Assembly (NCBI GenBank): GCA_030524125.1
Contig: JAUNHB010000001.1
Span: 51,920 to 115,919, forward strand
Source: Eubacteriales bacterium
GTDB lineage: Bacteria > Bacillota > Clostridia > Lachnospirales > Lachnospiraceae
Reading direction: 5' to 3'
DNA: 64,000 nt
Position 1 is the first letter of the stretch. Every line of letters begins with the position of its first letter. Positions 32,027 to 41,644 of the stretch are shown piece by piece. Both the position numbers and the translations under genes were made by a program. The notes below the pieces were generated by a model that saw only the letters and a list, made by a program, of their open reading frames with translations, made no database searches and was not told the origin of the DNA.

Positions 32027-33160
32027 TTAATAATTGCCGAGGATCTTGAAATTCACAGCCTCCTCCATGATCCCGCGGATCGCGTTCTTCACGGCGCTGT
32101 CGTTGAGATTTCCTTCAAAATCCACAAAAAAGTGATATTCCCAGTTGCGCTCCGGGATCGGGCGCGACTCGATCTTGCACATATTCAGGTCGTTGTAAAT
32201 AATGTGGGACAAAATATTGTACAGGCTTCCGCTCGTGTGGGGCAGCTCGAAGCAGATGCTCACCTTTTTCGCGTCCGCCTCGTACATCTTCCGGTTCGTC
32301 ACGATGATGAAGCGCGTGGAATTGAACCGGTTGTGGTTGATGGGCTGGCGGAGCACCTGGAGCCCGTGATAGCGGGCCGCCGAGGCGCTGGCGATGGCCG
32401 CCTGTCTCCTGTCCCCGTCCTCCGCCACCTTCCGCGCCGCCATGGCCGTGTTCGGCAGGCTGATCTGCTTCCACTGCGGATGCTCCTCTCTCAGATAGAC
32501 CGCGCACTGCATCAGCGCCTGCGGATGGGAGTAGACGGTCCGGATGTCCGTAAGTTCCGTCCCCGGCAGCGCCACAAGGGCGTGGCTGATCTTCAGGATC
32601 TGCTCTCCTACGATGTAGTTGTCATATTCCTCCAGCAGGTCGTAGATGTCGTTAACCTCCCCGGCGGAGGAATTTTCGATGGGCAGCACCGCATAGTCCG
32701 CCATGCCCTCCTTGATGGCCTCCATGCAGTCCTTCCATGTGTCCATATGAAAAATGTTCACGTCCGGCCCGAAATACTGCAAGGCCGCCTCATGCTGGTA
32801 GGCTCCCTCCACGCCCTGATAGACCACGCGGCAGTGCGTTCTGTCGATGCGGTCGACCCGCGTAAAGGGCAGGCTTCCCGACACGCCCTCCGCGGCCAGG
32901 AGCTGGTACTGGAGCTTGCGGCTCATGGCCATGATCTGCTGGAACAGCTCCCGGATGCCGTGCCGGTTGAACGGGCTGTGGGCCAGCTCGCCAAGCGTCC
33001 GGAGCTTCTCCTCCTCCCGCGCCTTGTCCAGCACCTTCCTGCCGTTGGCGATCTTGTACTCGGCCACCCGGCGGCTCACGTCCATCCGCTCCTCGAACAG
33101 ACGCACCATCTCCCGGTCGATCCGGTCGATCTCTTCTCTCAGCTTTGTCAAATCTTCCAT
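32027..33160 (-). CDS. pheA: Chorismate mutase/prephenate dehydratase
   Basis: LREEIDRID, PIENS, SHPQALMQC, TRF, KIESRP. Confidence 0.92.
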   Translation of the reverse strand: MEDLTKLREEIDRIDREMVRLFEERMDVSRRVAEYKIANGRKVLDKAREEEKLRTLGELAHSPFNRHGIRELFQQIMAMSRKLQYQLLAAEGVSGSLPFTRVDRIDRTHCRVVYQGVEGAYQHEAALQYFGPDVNIFHMDTWKDCMEAIKEGMADYAVLPIENSSAGEVNDIYDLLEEYDNYIVGEQILKISHALVALPGTELTDIRTVYSHPQALMQCAVYLREEHPQWKQISLPNTAMAARKVAEDGDRRQAAIASASAARYHGLQVLRQPINHNRFNSTRFIIVTNRKMYEADAKKVSICFELPHTSGSLYNILSHIIYNDLNMCKIESRPIPERNWEYHFFVDFEGNLNDSAVKNAIRGIMEEAVNFKILGNY

Positions 33161-34461
33161 GCGGTTCCTCCCTGCCCGTTCCTTCTCTCCACGATGCGCG
33201 CCAGCTCTCCCAGATAGGACAGGGAGCCGAAGGCGAGGATCGCGTCCTCCCTGCCCGCCAGCGAATAAGCCGTCTCCACGGCCTCCGAAAGGCCAGATGA
33301 TACGCGCACGCGGCCGTTGTATTTTCTCACTGTCTCCGCCAGCTCCTCCGCCGGGAGCGCCCGCGGATTGTCCGGCGTCATGACCGTCACCACCTCGGCG
33401 GCCAGCGGGACCGTCCGGCGCACCACTTCCTCATACTCCTTGTCTGCCAGCACGCCCATGATAAACACGAGCCTCCTGCCGGGCAGATCGCGCTCGACGC
33501 TCTCCCGGAGCATCCGGGCCGCGTCCGGGTTGTGGGCCCCGTCCAGAAGGAAGAGCGGCTCCCTCGCAATGACGCTGAACCGGGCGGGCCATGCGGCTCT
33601 CTTAAGCCCGGAGCGCACCGCCTCTTCCGGCACGGCGTATCCGCTCTCCCGGAGGGCGTCCAGCGCGTCCAGCGCAAGGGCCGCATTTCGGAACTGATAC
33701 TCCCCGGCCAGGGAGATTTCCACCTGCCTGCGCCCCCGGTAATCGAACGCCTGCCCGTCCAGCCCGCGCCTGCGCACGACGAGGCTTGGAAGGTCCGTCC
33801 ACGTCACAGGGCATCCCTCCTGAGCGGCCTTCTCCCGGATGACCTCCTCCGCCTCCGGCTCCTGCGCAGCGCTGACGACCCGGCAGCCCGGTTTGATGAT
33901 CCCGGCCTTGTGCCCGGCGATCTCTCCGAGCGTATTTCCCAGCACGCCGATATGGTCCATGCTGACGGAGGAGATCACAGCCGCCGCCGTGCGCCTGATC
34001 ACGTTGGTGGCGTCGGTCGTGCCGCCCATCCCGGTCTCCAGCACCACCAGATCGCATTTCTGCTCCGCAAAGTAAAGGAACGCCAGCGCCGTCTCCGCCT
34101 CGAACATCGTGGGATGCCCTTCTCCCGCGGCCAGCATCCGCTCTCCGGCCTCCCGGATGCGCGCGGTCAGCCGCGCCAGCGCCTCTCTGGAAATATACTC
34201 CTCATTTACCTGGATCCTCTCCCGGTAGCTGAAGATCGTGGGGGAAATATAGCGGCCCACCCGGCGGCCCGCATCCCGAAGCGCGGAGGATACGTACGCC
34301 AGCACGGAGCCCTTTCCGTTGGTCCCCGCAATATGGACGTACGTCGTCTCCTCCTGCGGGTCGCCCAGGAGCTCAAGGAGCCGCTCAAGCGGCGCGAGCG
34401 TGATCTCACCCGCATAGCGGTTGCAGTCCGCCAGAAAAGCTTTCGCCTCTTCGTATGTCAT
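33148..34461 (-). CDS. folC: Folylpolyglutamate/dihydrofolate synthase
   Basis: HIAGTNGKGS, ETGMGG..DATN, LDGAHN. Confidence 0.92.
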   Translation of the reverse strand: MTYEEAKAFLADCNRYAGEITLAPLERLLELLGDPQEETTYVHIAGTNGKGSVLAYVSSALRDAGRRVGRYISPTIFSYRERIQVNEEYISREALARLTARIREAGERMLAAGEGHPTMFEAETALAFLYFAEQKCDLVVLETGMGGTTDATNVIRRTAAAVISSVSMDHIGVLGNTLGEIAGHKAGIIKPGCRVVSAAQEPEAEEVIREKAAQEGCPVTWTDLPSLVVRRRGLDGQAFDYRGRRQVEISLAGEYQFRNAALALDALDALRESGYAVPEEAVRSGLKRAAWPARFSVIAREPLFLLDGAHNPDAARMLRESVERDLPGRRLVFIMGVLADKEYEEVVRRTVPLAAEVVTVMTPDNPRALPAEELAETVRKYNGRVRVSSGLSEAVETAYSLAGREDAILAFGSLSYLGELARIVERRNGQGGTAWKI

Positions 34462-34537
34462 CTCTCGTTGCACCTTCATCCTGATATCGTCAAAGTCTTT
34501 TATAGTATAGTATAATTTCCTCTATATTTCAAATACT

Positions 34538-34954
34538 ATGGCCATGATGAGACAAAATTTTTTCCGGTGCGGGATCCTCGGATGGAGCATGGAGATCTTC
34601 TGGACCGGCCTGCAGGCCATGCGCCTGAAGGATCCGAAGCTTATGGGGAGCTCCTCCCTCTGGATGTTCCCGATCTACGGCTGCGCCGCGTTTTTGTTCC
34701 CCGTCATGCGGCTGCTGCAAAAAATGTGTATCTGGAAACGGGGACTGGTCTATATGTCCTGCATCTACGCGGGCGAATTTTTAAGCGGCAGCCTGCTCAG
34801 AAGCCGGGGGCTGTGCCCGTGGGATTACAGCCACAGCCCGCTCCACTATCAGGGGCTCGTCCGGCTGGACTTCGCTCCCCTCTGGTTCGCGGCGGGGCTT
34901 CTGTTCGAGCGGGTGCTTCTCCCCTCCGCCCCGACGTCGGAACATATAAAATAG
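34538..34954 (+). CDS. CmpB/TMEM229-like membrane protein
   Basis: SLWMFPIYG, WDYS, GLVRLDFAPLW. Confidence 0.7.
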   Translation: MAMMRQNFFRCGILGWSMEIFWTGLQAMRLKDPKLMGSSSLWMFPIYGCAAFLFPVMRLLQKMCIWKRGLVYMSCIYAGEFLSGSLLRSRGLCPWDYSHSPLHYQGLVRLDFAPLWFAAGLLFERVLLPSAPTSEHIK

Positions 34955-35067
34955 ACGGTGTTATTTTTTAGAAATATATAGAGAAAAAGTCAGGAATATG
35001 ATATGATTTAACAAAAATAATCAATTACTGCAACGGATAATCTGCATTTTCTGCAAGGAGGGACAGG

Positions 35068-35549
35068 ATGACTCTAATTCTGAAAAAACACCTGAATCTT
35101 ATTTTATTCACAGGCATGCTGGCGCTGCTTCCGCTGAACTGTACGACAATTTCGTAAGCCCCACGTTCTCCGAGCTGCCCGCCTCGTTTACGGGCTTTTA
35201 CTTCATGCGCGCCGGGAATTTCGCAGGACTGCTTCTCTACATTTTCTGCTGGATCATCCAGTTTCTGACGGCCAAAGCGCCGCGGTACGCCCTTCTGGGA
35301 GCGCTGCAGCAGCTGCTCTACGGACTGTCTTTGTTCTATGTTCCTTATACCATTTATGAGTTCGACCTTCCCCTGCTGATAAATCTCTTTGGCCCGAAAA
35401 CCCTCCTGAACATCTTCCGGGATCCGAATATTTTCTCCAACTACCGGCCGGAATTCTATGTGGTGCTTGTGCTGATGGCCGCCGTGCTGGTCTGGAATGT
35501 GAAAATGTTCCTCGACAGCCGGCGCTCCGGGGCGTCCGAGCATTCCTGA
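35068..35549 (+). pseudogene. Small membrane protein, apparently frameshifted near 35140
   Basis: AGGAGG+ATG 35068 stops at 35157; a second frame runs on into ORF 35205-35549. Confidence 0.5.
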
Positions 35550-35687
35550 TGAAATATTACTGTCCAGTCATGCATCTCGAAAAAAGTAACAGTTGCTTTT
35601 TGTCCCCGCATGGTGTATTCTTTTGGGTTAGAAAGATTTCGGAGACTTCCTCTCCGGCGTCGCAAAATTTCTTATTAGGAGGTATCT

Positions 35688-36608
35688 ATGAGACATCTGA
35701 TGAGTCCTCTGGATTTCAGTGTCGAAGAACTGGACAAGCTTCTCGATCTGGCTCACGATATTGAACTTCATCCGGAGAAATACGCCCACGCCTGTGACGG
35801 CAAAAAGCTCGCGACCCTGTTCTATGAGCCAAGTACCCGCACCCGTCTTAGTTTTGAAGCTGCCATGCTGAATCTCGGCGGCAATATTTTTGGTTTTTCT
35901 TCTGCGGCCAGCAGCTCCGCTTCCAAGGGCGAGAGCGTTTCTGATACCATTCGTATGATTTCCTGTTATGCCGATATATGTGCCATGCGTCATCCAAAAG
36001 AGGGAGCTCCCATGGTTGCCAGCGCGGTCTCCTCGATCCCGGTGATCAACGCGGGCGACGGCGGACACCAGCACCCCACCCAGACGCTGACCGACCTTCT
36101 GACGATCCGTTCGCTGAAGGGCCGGCTGGATCACTTCACCATCGGCCTGTGCGGCGACCTGAAGTTCGGGCGCACCGTACACTCGCTGGTGCGCGCTCTG
36201 GCCCGCTACGAGGGCGTGCGCTTCATCTTCATCTCCCCCGAGGAGCTGAAGGTCCCCGAATACATCAAGGAGGACGTGCTGGAGGCGCAGGGCATCCCAT
36301 TCCGGGAGGTGGAGCGCATCGAGGACGTGATGCCGGAGCTTGACATCCTCTACATGACCCGCGTGCAGAAAGAGCGGTTCTTCAACGAGGAGGATTATGT
36401 CCGCCTGAAGGATTTCTACATCCTGAACAACAGGAAAATGAAGCTGGCCAAGGACGACATGATCGTCATGCATCCGCTTCCGAGAGTCAACGAGATCTCC
36501 GTGGAGGTGGACAAGGATCCCAGAGCCGCCTATTTCCGTCAGGTGCAGTACGGCGTCTACGTGCGCATGGCCCTGATTCTCACACTGCTGGAGGTGAACG
36601 TATGCTGA
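35688..36608 (+). CDS. pyrB: Aspartate carbamoyltransferase catalytic subunit
   Basis: [34 protein letters not shown]. Confidence 0.96.
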   Translation: MRHLMSPLDFSVEELDKLLDLAHDIELHPEKYAHACDGKKLATLFYEPSTRTRLSFEAAMLNLGGNIFGFSSAASSSASKGESVSDTIRMISCYADICAMRHPKEGAPMVASAVSSIPVINAGDGGHQHPTQTLTDLLTIRSLKGRLDHFTIGLCGDLKFGRTVHSLVRALARYEGVRFIFISPEELKVPEYIKEDVLEAQGIPFREVERIEDVMPELDILYMTRVQKERFFNEEDYVRLKDFYILNNRKMKLAKDDMIVMHPLPRVNEISVEVDKDPRAAYFRQVQYGVYVRMALILTLLEVNVC

Positions 36609-37039
36609 ACATCGGAGGACTTCACGAGGGCTTCGTGCTGGACCACATCGAGGCCGGCAAGAGCATGGAGATCTACAAATATTTAGGGCTGGACAAATTC
36701 GACTGCTGCGTCGCCATCATCAAAAACGCCCGCAGCAACAAGATGGGCAAAAAGGACATCATCAAGATCGAATGCCCCGTCGATCAGATCGATCTGGAGG
36801 CGCTTGGCTTCATCGACCACAACATCACGGTCAACATCATTCAGGACGACCGGATCGTGGAGAAGAAGCGTCTCTCGCTCCCGCAGGAGATCTGCAACGT
36901 GGTCAAATGCAAAAATCCGCGCTGCATCACGTCCATCGAGCAGGAGCTTGACCATGTGTTCGTGCTGACGGACCCGGTCAAGGGCATCTACCGGTGCAAA
37001 TACTGCGAGGAGAAATACCGCAAGCGCAAGAAAAAATAG
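36602..37039 (+). CDS. pyrI: Aspartate carbamoyltransferase regulatory subunit
   Basis: [23 protein letters not shown]. Confidence 0.92.
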   Translation: MLNIGGLHEGFVLDHIEAGKSMEIYKYLGLDKFDCCVAIIKNARSNKMGKKDIIKIECPVDQIDLEALGFIDHNITVNIIQDDRIVEKKRLSLPQEICNVVKCKNPRCITSIEQELDHVFVLTDPVKGIYRCKYCEEKYRKRKKK

Positions 37040-37115
37040 CGGGCTGTCTCTCACGGCCCTTTCACGGCGGACGCCGCGGGACTTCCGGATATCCGGTCGT
37101 CCCGCGGCGTCTCTT

Positions 37116-39005
37116 TTATGCGCTGATGGCGTTTCCCGTGTAGAGCTGATAGTAGCGCCCCTTCTGCTCCATGAGCTGATCGTGGGTCCCTCTCTCGATG
37201 ATGCGCCCCTGCTCCATGACCATGATGCAGTCCGCGTTTTTGACGGTGGAAAGCCTGTGGGCGATGACAAAGGACGTGCGGCCCTTCATCAGAGCGTCCA
37301 TTCCCTTCTGCACCAGCGTCTCCGTCCGGGTGTCGATGGAGGACGTGGCCTCGTCGAGGATCAGCACCGGCGGATCCGCCACGGCGGCCCTGGCGATGGC
37401 CAGAAGCTGTCTCTGCCCCTGGCTCAGATTGCCGCCGTCCCCGGTGAGCATCGTGTCGTAGCCGTCCGGCAGCCTCCTGATAAACCCGTGGGCGTTGGCC
37501 AGCTTCGCGGCCGCGATGCACTCCTCGTCGGTGGCGTCCAGCCTGCCGTACCGGATATTGTCCATGACGGTCCCGGTAAACAGGTGCGTATCCTGCAGCA
37601 CCATACCCAGCGACCTTCTAAGCTCCGGCTTTTTGATCTTGTTGATATTGATCCCGTCGTAGCGGATCTTTCCGTCCTGTATGTCGTAAAACCGGTTGAT
37701 CAGGTTAGTGATGGTCGTCTTGCCCGCGCCCGTGCTGCCCACGAACGCGATCTTCTGTCCCGGCGTGGCGTACATGCGGATGTCGTGCAGCACGGTCTTG
37801 GACTCGTCGTATCCGAAGTCCACGCCGTCGAACGTCACGTCCCCCTCAAGCTTCGTGTAGGTGACTGTTCCGTCCGCCCTGTGGGGATGTCTCCACGCCC
37901 ACACGCCCGTCTTCTGCTCCGTCTCGGTGAGCGTTCCGTCCGGCGCCTCCGCGACGTTCACCAGCTCCACGTAGCCATCGTCCCGCTCGGACTCCTCGTC
38001 CAGCAGCGCAAAGATCCGTTCGGCTCCCGCTCCCGCCATCAGCACGTTGTTGAGCTGCTGGCTGATCTGGGTCACCGGCTGGGTGAAGCTCTTGCTCAGG
38101 CTTAAGAACGCCACCAGCGTTCCCACCGTAAGACCCGTATCGCCGCTCAGCGACAGGATCGCCCCGATGACGGCGATCAGCACATAGTTGATATTTCCAA
38201 GGTTGGCGTTGATGGGCATCGTGATGTTGGCGATCTGGTTGGCCCCTTCGGCGCTCTTTCGGAGCTGCTCGTTCAGCTTCCGGAACTGCTCCAGACTCTT
38301 CTCCTCATGGCAGAACACCTTGACAACCTTCTGGCCCTCCATCATCTCCTCGATATAGCCGTTGACCTCCCCCAGATGCTTCTGCTGGCTTGCAAAATGT
38401 CTGGCGGAGAGTCCGCTCAGTCTGGAGGTAACGAACACCATCAGGCACACCATGCAGAGCGACACGCCCGCCAGAGATACGTCCAGCACGACCATGCTGA
38501 CAAACGTGGACGCCAGCGTGATCATGGAATTCAAAAGCTGCGGCATACTCTGGCTCACCAGCTGCCGAAGCGTATCCACGTCGTTGGTGTAAACCGACAT
38601 GATGTCGCCGTGGGCGTGAGTGTCAAAATATTTGATAGGCAGCGACTCCATATGGGTGAACAGCTCCACCCGGAGCCGCTTCATCGTCCCCTGGCTGACG
38701 TTTACCATGATCCGGTTGTAGCCGTAAGCGCACACGACGCCCACGGCCAGCGCCGCCGCCAGCTTCAGGAGCGCCTGCGCCAGAGGCCCGTAGTCCGGCG
38801 CGCTCTGCGCCAGAAGCGGCATCACATAGTCGTCGATGAGCCGCTGCATAAAGAGCGTCCCGCACAGCGTCGCCAGCGCGGAAAACAGGATCCCCGCCGC
38901 CACCGCCGCGCACGCTCCTTTGTAATGCTTCAGTATATAGGCGAGGACTCTGCCAAGCGAAGCAAAGCTTTCTCCGAAGCTTCGCCGATCCTTCTGTTCC
39001 TTCAT
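37116..39005 (-). CDS. Heterodimeric ABC exporter subunit
   Basis: TM domain plus GSTGAGKTT, LSQGQRQ, DEATSS. Confidence 0.9.
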   Translation of the reverse strand: MKEQKDRRSFGESFASLGRVLAYILKHYKGACAAVAAGILFSALATLCGTLFMQRLIDDYVMPLLAQSAPDYGPLAQALLKLAAALAVGVVCAYGYNRIMVNVSQGTMKRLRVELFTHMESLPIKYFDTHAHGDIMSVYTNDVDTLRQLVSQSMPQLLNSMITLASTFVSMVVLDVSLAGVSLCMVCLMVFVTSRLSGLSARHFASQQKHLGEVNGYIEEMMEGQKVVKVFCHEEKSLEQFRKLNEQLRKSAEGANQIANITMPINANLGNINYVLIAVIGAILSLSGDTGLTVGTLVAFLSLSKSFTQPVTQISQQLNNVLMAGAGAERIFALLDEESERDDGYVELVNVAEAPDGTLTETEQKTGVWAWRHPHRADGTVTYTKLEGDVTFDGVDFGYDESKTVLHDIRMYATPGQKIAFVGSTGAGKTTITNLINRFYDIQDGKIRYDGININKIKKPELRRSLGMVLQDTHLFTGTVMDNIRYGRLDATDEECIAAAKLANAHGFIRRLPDGYDTMLTGDGGNLSQGQRQLLAIARAAVADPPVLILDEATSSIDTRTETLVQKGMDALMKGRTSFVIAHRLSTVKNADCIMVMEQGRIIERGTHDQLMEQKGRYYQLYTGNAISA

Positions 39006-39034
39006 ATTCCTTCCGTCTCCTTTCTCTGTCTGAA

Positions 39035-39279
39035 TGACCGTTCAGCCCGCGCCATTCGCAAAGCCGCGCTGACGCGCTGTTCCTGTTCACAGGTGCCCTG
39101 TAAACAGGAACATTCGCGGGCTCATTTGAAGTTTTGCTTCGCAAAAGGAGCCCGCTCACACCTGAATCACGTTCTCACGCCTCAAACAGCGAGTGTTTGA
39201 GGCTGATTGGAACAGTAACGGGTGCTGCTGCGCAGCTATCTTTGCTCGTGATCTGTCACTCCCGACCGGCTGAACTGTT
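39035..39279. mobile_element. Family A short variant interrupted by a family C element
   Basis: A left part 39035-39077; A right part 39221-39279 ending GGCTGAACTGTT. Confidence 0.8.
39078..39219. repeat. Family C structured element
   Basis: Ends GTTCCTGTTC / GAACAGTAAC; internal stems GCGGGCTC/GAGCCCGC and GCCTCAAACA/TGTTTGAGGC. Confidence 0.65.
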
Positions 39280-41013
39280 TTCGTCAAAATCCCCGCCGCT
39301 CTTCATCTGCGCGTCGTAGATCTCCCGGTAAATGTCGTTCTTCTCCAGCAGGGCCTCGTGGGTGTCGAACCCGCTGACCTGCCCGTCCTCCAGCACGAGG
39401 ATCCGGTCCGCGTCCTGCACGCTGGAGATCCGCTGGGAGATGATCAGTTTCGTCGTCCCGGGGATCCTCTTTGCAAACGCCTCCCGGATCATGGCGTCCG
39501 TGGCCGTGTCCACCGCGCTGGTGGAGTCGTCCAGGATCAGCACCTTCGGCTTTTTCAGAAGCGCTCTCGCGATACAGAGCCGCTGCTTCTGGCCGCCCGA
39601 CACGTTGCTTCCTCCCTGCTCGATCCACGTCCCGTACCCGTCCGGGAATCTCCGGATAAACTCGTCGGCGCACGCCTGACGGCACGCGTCCTCGCACTCC
39701 TCCTCGGAGGCGTCCTCCTTGCCCCAGCGCAGGTTGTCGAGGATCGTCCCGGAGAACAGCACGTTCTTCTGCAGCACCACGGCCACCTGATCCCGGAGAG
39801 CTTCCAGATCGTACTCCCGCACGTCGCGTCCGCCCACCCGGACGGCTCCTTCGGTCGCGTCGTACAGGCGGCTGATGAGGCTGACCAGACTGGATTTCCC
39901 GCAGCCGGTGCCGCCGATGATCCCCACGGTCTCCCCGGCCCGGATGTGAAGGTCGATATCCCGGAGGACCGCCTCCCCGCTCCCGCTCTTGTAGGAAAAG
40001 CTCACATGGTCAAAGTCAATGCTCCCGTTTTCCACCGTTTTCACACCGGCGGCGGGCTCCTCCATGTCCGGCTCCTCCGCCAGCACCTCCGCGATCCGCT
40101 CCGCGCTGGCCGCGCTCATGGACACCATGACGAAGATCATGGAAAGCATCATAAGCGACATCATCATGCTCATGACATAGCTGAACAGCGAGGTCAGATT
40201 TCCGGTGGTCAGCGTCCCGGCCACGATGAAGTGGGCCCCGAACCACGACAGCCCGATGATGCAGCCGTACACCGCCAGCATCATGACCGGACTGTTAAAA
40301 GCCAGCAGACCCTCCGCCTTCACAAACAGCCGGTACAGATTTTCCGCCGCCTTCGTAAATTTTTCGTCCTCATATGACTCGCGGACAAACGCCTTCACCA
40401 CGCGGATGCCCGACACGTTTTCCTGCACGCTGGCGTTCAGGTCGTCGTATTTCCGGAATACCTTCCGGAAGATCGGGAGCGTCCTCGTCATGATCAGCAT
40501 GAGCACCGCCCCGAGAAAGACAAGCGCCGCCAGAAAGACGAGGCTCATCTTCGCGTTGATGACAAAGCACATGACCATGCTGCACACGAGCATCAGCGGC
40601 GCCCGGACCGCGATCCTGAGGATCATCTGAAACGCGTTCTGCACGTTGGTCACGTCCGTCGTCATACGGGTGACCAGCCCGGCCGTGCTGTATTTGTCGA
40701 TGTTGGAAAAGGAAAACCGCTGGATATTTTCATACATGCCGTCCCGCAGGTTGCAGGCGAAGCCCGCCGAGGCCGAAGCCGCGTATCGTCCGGCCAGCAC
40801 GCCGAAGCACAGGCTCAGAAATGCGAAGGCCAGCATGATCCCTCCGTACAGATACACCTTTCCCATGTCTCCCGCCTCGATCCCCTGATCGATGATGGAC
40901 GCCGTGATGAACGGGATCAGGATCTCCATCAGCACCTCCAGCGCCGTAAAGACCGGGGCGAGGATCGTCGCTTTTTGATAGCCCCGGATCTGTTTTCCCA
41001 GTATTTTGATCAT
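39256..41013 (-). CDS. Heterodimeric ABC exporter subunit; stop codon lies inside the A element
   Basis: GGTGCGKSS, VSGGQKQR, DDSTSA, ISQR (degenerate site). Confidence 0.9.
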   Translation of the reverse strand: MIKILGKQIRGYQKATILAPVFTALEVLMEILIPFITASIIDQGIEAGDMGKVYLYGGIMLAFAFLSLCFGVLAGRYAASASAGFACNLRDGMYENIQRFSFSNIDKYSTAGLVTRMTTDVTNVQNAFQMILRIAVRAPLMLVCSMVMCFVINAKMSLVFLAALVFLGAVLMLIMTRTLPIFRKVFRKYDDLNASVQENVSGIRVVKAFVRESYEDEKFTKAAENLYRLFVKAEGLLAFNSPVMMLAVYGCIIGLSWFGAHFIVAGTLTTGNLTSLFSYVMSMMMSLMMLSMIFVMVSMSAASAERIAEVLAEEPDMEEPAAGVKTVENGSIDFDHVSFSYKSGSGEAVLRDIDLHIRAGETVGIIGGTGCGKSSLVSLISRLYDATEGAVRVGGRDVREYDLEALRDQVAVVLQKNVLFSGTILDNLRWGKEDASEEECEDACRQACADEFIRRFPDGYGTWIEQGGSNVSGGQKQRLCIARALLKKPKVLILDDSTSAVDTATDAMIREAFAKRIPGTTKLIISQRISSVQDADRILVLEDGQVSGFDTHEALLEKNDIYREIYDAQMKSGGDFDENSSAGRE

Positions 41014-41038
41014 ACCTTTTTGTCTCCTTTCTTTGACT

Positions 41039-41058
41039 GCTCGCTATTGATAGCAAGC
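41039..41058. promoter_or_regulatory. Putative MarR operator
   Basis: GCTCGCTAT-tg-ATAGCAAGC imperfect palindrome upstream of the exporter. Confidence 0.45.
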
Positions 41059-41118
41059 TTTTATTTTGTCCAAGAAAAAACGCCCGTGCCTTCCGTTCCC
41101 GGAGCCGAAAGCGTATTC

Positions 41119-41547
41119 TCATTTGAGCGTATTGTAGACCTTCTGAAGCAGCGCCTTGAGCTGCTGCTGTTCCTGCCCGTCAAGTCCTGCCAGAAGCCTT
41201 CTCTCGCCTTCCTCCATGATCTCCCGCGCGTTCAGACAGAGCTTTCGACCCTCCTGCGTGATGCGCACATGCTTGACACGCCGGTCCTGCGGGTCTCCGT
41301 AGCCCTCCAGGAGCCTTTTTTTCTCCAGCCTTGCCGCGATCCCCGCCGTCGTGGACTGGGCCACATGAAAATACCGCTCCAGCTCCTTCAGCGTCGCGCT
41401 CCCGTCCTGTGTGTGGTACAGGATCAGCAGCATCTTCATCTGCGCGTGGGTAATGTCCAGCGCCTGCATTTTCTGATTGCCTTCCCGCTCCATGATATCG
41501 CTGATCCGTTTGATCAGGTCTCCGCAGTGAAGCTCTCTTTGTTCCAT
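41119..41547 (-). CDS. MarR family regulator
   Basis: IT.AQ, QST..GI..RLEKK, DRRVK.V.IT.EG. Confidence 0.88.
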   Translation of the reverse strand: MEQRELHCGDLIKRISDIMEREGNQKMQALDITHAQMKMLLILYHTQDGSATLKELERYFHVAQSTTAGIAARLEKKRLLEGYGDPQDRRVKHVRITQEGRKLCLNAREIMEEGERRLLAGLDGQEQQQLKALLQKVYNTLK

Positions 41548-41644
41548 CTCCTTGTTCCTCCTGCTCACAGATCAAATGATAGCATTTCAAACGCAGGCTG
41601 TCAATAGCCTGCGTTTGTTTTTATCTGTGAACTTTTTGTGAAAG

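Noticed and set aside
35550-35687. PyrR attenuator upstream of pyrB
   Set aside because: No AGUCCAGAGAGGCU-like loop or terminator/antiterminator pair recognised; only a TTGCTT-17-TATTCT promoter.
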